Positions 59,471-64,000 of a stretch of DNA of 64,000 nucleotides are shown here, piece after piece (the stretch's first letter is position 1; every line of letters starts with the position of its first letter). The notes beneath the pieces are model-generated. The model saw nothing but the letters and a program-made list of their open reading frames with translations, did no database searches and had not been told where the DNA came from. The DNA lies in NCBI GenBank assembly GCA_965242525.1, contig OZ251459.1:512001-576000 (forward strand), in the 5' to 3' direction. This DNA comes from an uncultured Candidatus Binatia bacterium. GTDB taxonomy: Bacteria; Desulfobacterota; Binatia; UBA9968; JAJDTQ01. The translations under genes and the position numbers were made by a program.

Positions 59471-60924
59471 TCATCGAACGGGCTTGACGCCTCCCTTGCG
59501 ACCCAGGCCATAGCCCACCCTGAAAACGTCTGGGACATTGACCCGACCGTCGTACAGGCGTTGGAAGACCCCCAGGGCTTCGAGGTCCTCACGGATGCCG
59601 TCGGGGCCATGATGGCGGGGGGACAGCTTGACGTGGTGTCGTTGTGCTTCCGCGGCAAGACAGTTGAGAACGCCTTCCGTGTTCCAACGGTCGGCAACGT
59701 CTTCGAATTCACAAGGCACGGTTACGCCGGCAAGGGATTTCAGAACTTGGTTCACCCACGGATAATCCTCTCGAAGCTCTTCGATTCGTGTTCGTGATGC
59801 GGCTTGCACGCCAAATTTGATTGCTTTGGGATGCAACACATGATGGTGGTCGGCGTGCTCGATACGGGTATTTTCCGCAGCCTCCCGCAACGCCGTGAGA
59901 AACGAACGAGGGCTTAGCCTTCCTTGGGTATCGGCCAGGTGCTTGGGGATCCAGGTGTAGGGGAAACCGCGCCTTCGATTCGTTCCCATCCATGGGCCTG
60001 CAACGTCGTGAAACTTCTCGCGCTGGTAATCTTCATCGAGGATCAGGCGCCGCGGGACCGGGTACAGACATCGCTGGCCAACTCGTATCGGCGACCAGTT
60101 CTCTTTCCTCAAAAATTTCCGAAAGACTTCGCCATTCGGTCCATTGGCCGAGTGGTGCCACAGGAGGCCGTAGAGTTCTCGGGCAGGCCAACTCAACTCG
60201 ACGGCCGAAGCAAGGACCTTCGAAGCATCGGGGAAGTCGCCGATCTCGGTCTCGTCGTTCTGGTCGGACCGCAAGAACACTTGATCCGTATCCTCCGATA
60301 GGAGCGCATGTCGATGGCGGTTTGCATCAAGCCGCGAACCAGTTTGTACATCACTCTCCGGTCGTCGGAGCAACGGTCGAGTGCGTCGAACAAAAGCAGA
60401 AAGAACACCCCTTTATGATCGAACTCGTCATCGCGCATGCCGAACAAACGGTCGATCACCTCAGGATGATCGTCCACGTATCCTGTTCGCTTGCTCCAAT
60501 CATCCTGTTTTCGAAAGGGATGGTCGTGCGGTGCGAGCTGCCAAGCCTGTACTGTTCGCCAGATAATCCTCGGCTCAACACCGGCGTGCTGAATGAGGTG
60601 TAGCAACACGTCCTTGCTGGGGTAATGATCGGGTGCTGGTCTTACACCGAATCCTGTTCTCACCTCGGTGTTTTCACCCAACGTAGATAGGTTATTGTAT
60701 AATCCCAACAGTTGGCGAACGCTGGATTGCTGCAGAGCGCTCCACCAGAACGTCTTTCCCGCGCCGCGCATGCCGGTCACCAGCATTGTGTCGGGATCCA
60801 TGGCCTTGAGGTGGGGACTCGGTACGTACACGTGTTCGGGAGGGGGCGGCTCGCCGTAACTCGTCTCTGCCGGTAGTGAAGCGAGCGCTTCCCGTGCTCG
60901 CTGGATGTCTATGGTCCCTGTCAT
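59471..60924 (-). pseudogene. P-loop ATPase (Sll1717-like) with a 1-nt frameshift near 60280
   Basis: Walker A TGMRGAGKT and Walker B LLFDALD in one frame; continuation VFLRSDQ...LSPRSFL...VNVPDVFRVGYGLGRKGG in another; restoring one G gives IKVFLR. Confidence 0.75.
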
Positions 60925-62201
60925 GGCGTGTCTCGGTTGTCGTTGACTTCGCCATCGAACCATTTCAGGAACTCTGCGTATGCCTGGTACACGGCTGCCC
61001 GGTCCAGAAAGCGCAAGGATGTACCGGCGGCGAGCCCGCGGTTCCAGTGGATGGGGATTGGGTGATGGGGGGCTTCTTCGTCGTCCAGCCCGAACGAAAA
61101 TTCATCGCCGGTGTTGGCGGGAGCAATTTCATCGTACAGGTGGTCTCGAAACAGGCTCCATGCCTGTTGCCGGAACCGCTGCAGGTAAAGTTCGGTATCG
61201 AGTTCGGGGGTCAGTGCGGACACGATGAACAGGCGTTCCCTGATGCTCGTCGCCAGGTCGTGATCCCGCCAATGACGGAAGAGGATACCGTAATCGGTCC
61301 AGGTGCTCTCCGAGTCGGCGGCGAAAAGCAGGACCCGTGCTTTGAGGTCGGTGACCGTGGCCGCAGCAATGTCGTGAAGGCCGCTACGGCTCTCCAGCAG
61401 CGCCACTGTGGGTTTGTGGGTGTCTTCGAGTCGGGACAACAGGCCACCAAGGCGCTCGGCCCATGTAGTACCGGCGCCCACATGGACACGCCCCAACTTG
61501 GCAAGATACTCGCCGGGTTCGCTGCCATGAGCCGGCACGACCCGGACGTCGCCTTCCAGTTCTCGTGACCACGATGGATGAGCGGACATCCGTCCGATTA
61601 CCCGTTCACCTTGTCCGACCAGGTCCTCCACGAACCAGTCGGTGACGCCAAACTCCGGCTGTGTTCGCGCATCGAGCATCGCCGACGACAATCCCGGGGA
61701 CTCCAGATCCAGATCGACCACCAGAACCCGTTCACCGCTACGCGCCAAGTGCCACGCAAGAACGGCGGCAGTAGTACTCCGACCCACCCCGCCCTTCACG
61801 GAAAAGAGGGTGTAACGACGCGGACCGTCTTTCGGAGGAGGCGGGCTTACCGTCGACCAGTCGCCGCCGGTCATCAGGCGGTCCACCCAATATACGTTGG
61901 ACTCGATTGTGGAAGCGTCTTCCCGTAGGGTGTTCAGTCGTTCGGAATCCACGAACAGAACGGCGGTTTCTTCAGGGTAGGCATACGCACCCAGTTTTTC
62001 CTGCAGGCGGACTGCAAGACCTCTCACAGCGTTGCGTCGCTCTTCGTCTTCCCGTACTGCCTCCGATACGGCTATACGTAACTTCCCGTACAGGTTCCGT
62101 ACCAGATAGACTTCACCGAGACCGTGTAGTTCCTCCGGTGATCCCTTCAACACGTCCACCACTCGAGAGCGCACGGAGTCAAACGGAACGAATCCGACCA
62201 T
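60921..62201 (-). CDS. ParA/MinD-like ATPase with KGGVGR variant Walker A
   Basis: FSVKGGVGRST, VDLDLESPG, LESRSG; about 125-aa N-terminal extension; stop overlaps the next ATG (ATGA). Confidence 0.85.
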   Translation of the reverse strand: MVGFVPFDSVRSRVVDVLKGSPEELHGLGEVYLVRNLYGKLRIAVSEAVREDEERRNAVRGLAVRLQEKLGAYAYPEETAVLFVDSERLNTLREDASTIESNVYWVDRLMTGGDWSTVSPPPPKDGPRRYTLFSVKGGVGRSTTAAVLAWHLARSGERVLVVDLDLESPGLSSAMLDARTQPEFGVTDWFVEDLVGQGERVIGRMSAHPSWSRELEGDVRVVPAHGSEPGEYLAKLGRVHVGAGTTWAERLGGLLSRLEDTHKPTVALLESRSGLHDIAAATVTDLKARVLLFAADSESTWTDYGILFRHWRDHDLATSIRERLFIVSALTPELDTELYLQRFRQQAWSLFRDHLYDEIAPANTGDEFSFGLDDEEAPHHPIPIHWNRGLAAGTSLRFLDRAAVYQAYAEFLKWFDGEVNDNRDTP

Positions 62202-62202
62202 C

Positions 62203-62292
62203 TCAAGGACCGTCCTCGATTACGAGGTTCACCGTTGCGCGATCCTCCCAGTGACGGCGGTGGGCATCGAAGAAATCAGCGGGGTGCGGCAT
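62203..62292 (-). pseudogene. 29-codon remnant of a small (HEPN-like?) first gene of the operon
   Basis: Hand translation MPHPADFFDAHRRHWEDRATVNLVIEDGP*; GAAGGAA SD; stop 1 nt before the ParA ATG. Confidence 0.5.
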
Positions 62293-62571
62293 TTCCTTCT
62301 CGTATCCCTTCGGTGTCGTCGCTTCCATATGCCGGTTGCCTACGGCTGCGACGAAGCGGACGCCTGTCCGAGGGAGGTTTCGGTCCCGTCCCGGTTCAGG
62401 GAGGCTTCAAGCCTAACGCAGGGACCGCAGGGAAGGCAAGCTCACCGCGGGCCGTGCATCATTCCGGTTCCCGTGGTATAGGTAAGGATCTCCAGGGCGC
62501 CTCGTCCTGGAGGTCTGGTCCGAACGGGGTCGTCGAGCGGGAAGGTCGGCGGTCCATCCATCGAGGGTTCC

Positions 62572-63432
62572 ATGACGGTCGAAAGCGTGACGTTGTTGCA
62601 TCCGGGCAGCATGGGCGCCGCGGTCGGCGCCGCCTTGAGGGGCGTCCGCGTGCTGTGGGTGTCCGACGGGCGCAGTCGGGCGAGCGCGGACAGGGCGCGT
62701 CGGGCCGGGCTGACGGAGGCGGCCACGCTGGCCGAAGCCGTGGGCGCCAGCGACGCGGTCCTTTCCGTGTGCCCGCCCCATGCCGCTGAGGAGGTCGCGC
62801 GGAGCGTGGCCGACCTGGGCTTCGCCGGGCTCTACGTGGACGCCAACGCGGTCTCGCGGGCCACCGCCGAGCGCGTGGGGGCCGCGGTCCGCAAGGCCGG
62901 GGCCGGCTTCGTGGACGGCGGCATCATCGGCCCGCCGGTGGAGCGGCCCGGAACCACGCGCCTCTACCTTTCCGGGGAGCGGGCCGCGGAAGTGGCCCGA
63001 CTGTTCTCCGGCGGTCCCCTGGACGCACGAGTCGTGGGGGCGCAGCCCGGGGCCGCCTCCGCCCTCAAGATGGCTTACGCCGGCTGGACCAAGGGCAGCG
63101 ATGCGCTGATCCTCGCCATCCGGGCGCTGGCGGCCCGGGAAGGCGTGGACGAGGCGCTGCTTGCGGAATGGTCCGAGTCCCGTCCCGACTTGGTGGGTCG
63201 GAGCGCGCGGGCGGCCGCTTCGGCTGCGCCCAAGGGTTGGCGTTACGTGGGCGAAATGGAGGAAGTCGCCGCCAGCTTCGACGCCGCGGGGCTCCCTTCG
63301 GGCTTCCACGAGGCCGCGGCCGACCTCTACCAGCGGCTCGCGCCGTTCAAGGGCCATTCCGGGCCCGAGGTCACCGAAGTCCTCGACACGCTCTGCGGAC
63401 CGACCGGGAAACGTAGCGCCGCCGATGGCTGA
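62572..63432 (+). CDS. NAD(P)-dependent oxidoreductase, 6PGD-like with DUF1932
   Basis: LLHPGSMG, SVCPP, YVDANA, DGGIIGPP, ASALKMAYA. Confidence 0.85.
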   Translation: MTVESVTLLHPGSMGAAVGAALRGVRVLWVSDGRSRASADRARRAGLTEAATLAEAVGASDAVLSVCPPHAAEEVARSVADLGFAGLYVDANAVSRATAERVGAAVRKAGAGFVDGGIIGPPVERPGTTRLYLSGERAAEVARLFSGGPLDARVVGAQPGAASALKMAYAGWTKGSDALILAIRALAAREGVDEALLAEWSESRPDLVGRSARAAASAAPKGWRYVGEMEEVAASFDAAGLPSGFHEAAADLYQRLAPFKGHSGPEVTEVLDTLCGPTGKRSAADG

Positions 63433-63463
63433 TCCTGTAAGCGTGGAGACGGAGGAAACAGCG

Positions 63464-64000
63464 ATGCAAGAGTCCGAAGGACGCGGTTCTCCCTACCGCG
63501 GTTTCCGCCGTCGTCTGGCGGCCGTTGCGGGTCTCGTCGGCGTGCTGCTGCTCGCTTCCTGCGGGGGCGGCGGCCCGACGACCCGTTCCATGCCTTCGTC
63601 CACGCCGGGGGGGACCCCTTCGCCCCCGGAGGACCTCGCGAAGCATCGGGAATACAGGAACAACTTCGCGGACCATCGGGAATACAGGCCGGAGATATCG
63701 AACCCTGGTGTTCGATATCGTTGGGGGCTCGCCGAAGTCCGCGCGGCGGACGCCTATGCGCGCATTGCCCAGCGGGAAGGCCCCTCGGTCGCCCCCGGCG
63801 CCGGCGTGACGGTGGGGGTCATGGACACGGGCATCGACGAGGGTCACTGGGAGTTCCATCCCAAGTCCGGTCCCTCCCTGGTGAGCGAGGAGATCCTGGA
63901 AGGGGACGGCGATGCGACAGACCCGACAGGCATGTGGAGTCACGGCACCTTGGTGGCGAGCGTCATCGTCGCGCAACGCGATGGCAGGCCGCGGGATACT
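63464..64000 (+). CDS. S8 (subtilisin-like) peptidase lipoprotein, partial at window end
   Basis: Hand translation: lipobox LLASC, catalytic VMDTGID and SHGTLVAS motifs; open to the window edge; GGAGG SD. Confidence 0.8.
   Translation, partial: MQESEGRGSPYRGFRRRLAAVAGLVGVLLLASCGGGGPTTRSMPSSTPGGTPSPPEDLAKHREYRNNFADHREYRPEISNPGVRYRWGLAEVRAADAYARIAQREGPSVAPGAGVTVGVMDTGIDEGHWEFHPKSGPSLVSEEILEGDGDATDPTGMWSHGTLVASVIVAQRDGRPRDT

Noticed and set aside
60921-62201. Chromosome/plasmid partition ParA
   Set aside because: Variant Walker A, extra domains, and no parB or parS seen

Overview
GC-rich bacterial chromosomal window. Its many amidohydrolases, a TTT-type binding protein, a molybdenum hydroxylase and an NHL protein resemble an uncultured Binatia/'Deltaproteobacteria'-like heterotroph (inference only). 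About 50 genes are supportable: housekeeping (apaH, queG, mazG, adk, gnd, pgl, folK, citrate synthase), large catabolic clusters, and a sigma-54-promoted degP/kinase/NtrC operon next to an extra RpoD-like sigma factor. Four accessory features stand out. (1) Three tandem mini-genes at 14.2-15.1 kb encode N-anchored coiled-coil proteins that differ by whole heptads (63/70/84 aa). (2) A restriction-modification island at 31.5-38.7 kb holds an orphan ParD, a truncated ParE, an MmeI-like enzyme, a gutted IS, and a C5 MTase with a putative REase; two interleaved pairs of direct repeats bracket it. (3) A lower-GC three-gene operon at 59.5-62.3 kb (collapsed small effector, KGGVGR ParA-like ATPase, frameshifted P-loop ATPase) looks like a decaying conflict system. 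(4) Two intergenic MITE-like families carry palindromic cargo; one has IS5-like TIRs and 4-bp target duplications, and copies repeatedly sit between promoters and Shine-Dalgarno sites. No rRNA, tRNA or CRISPR array was seen.
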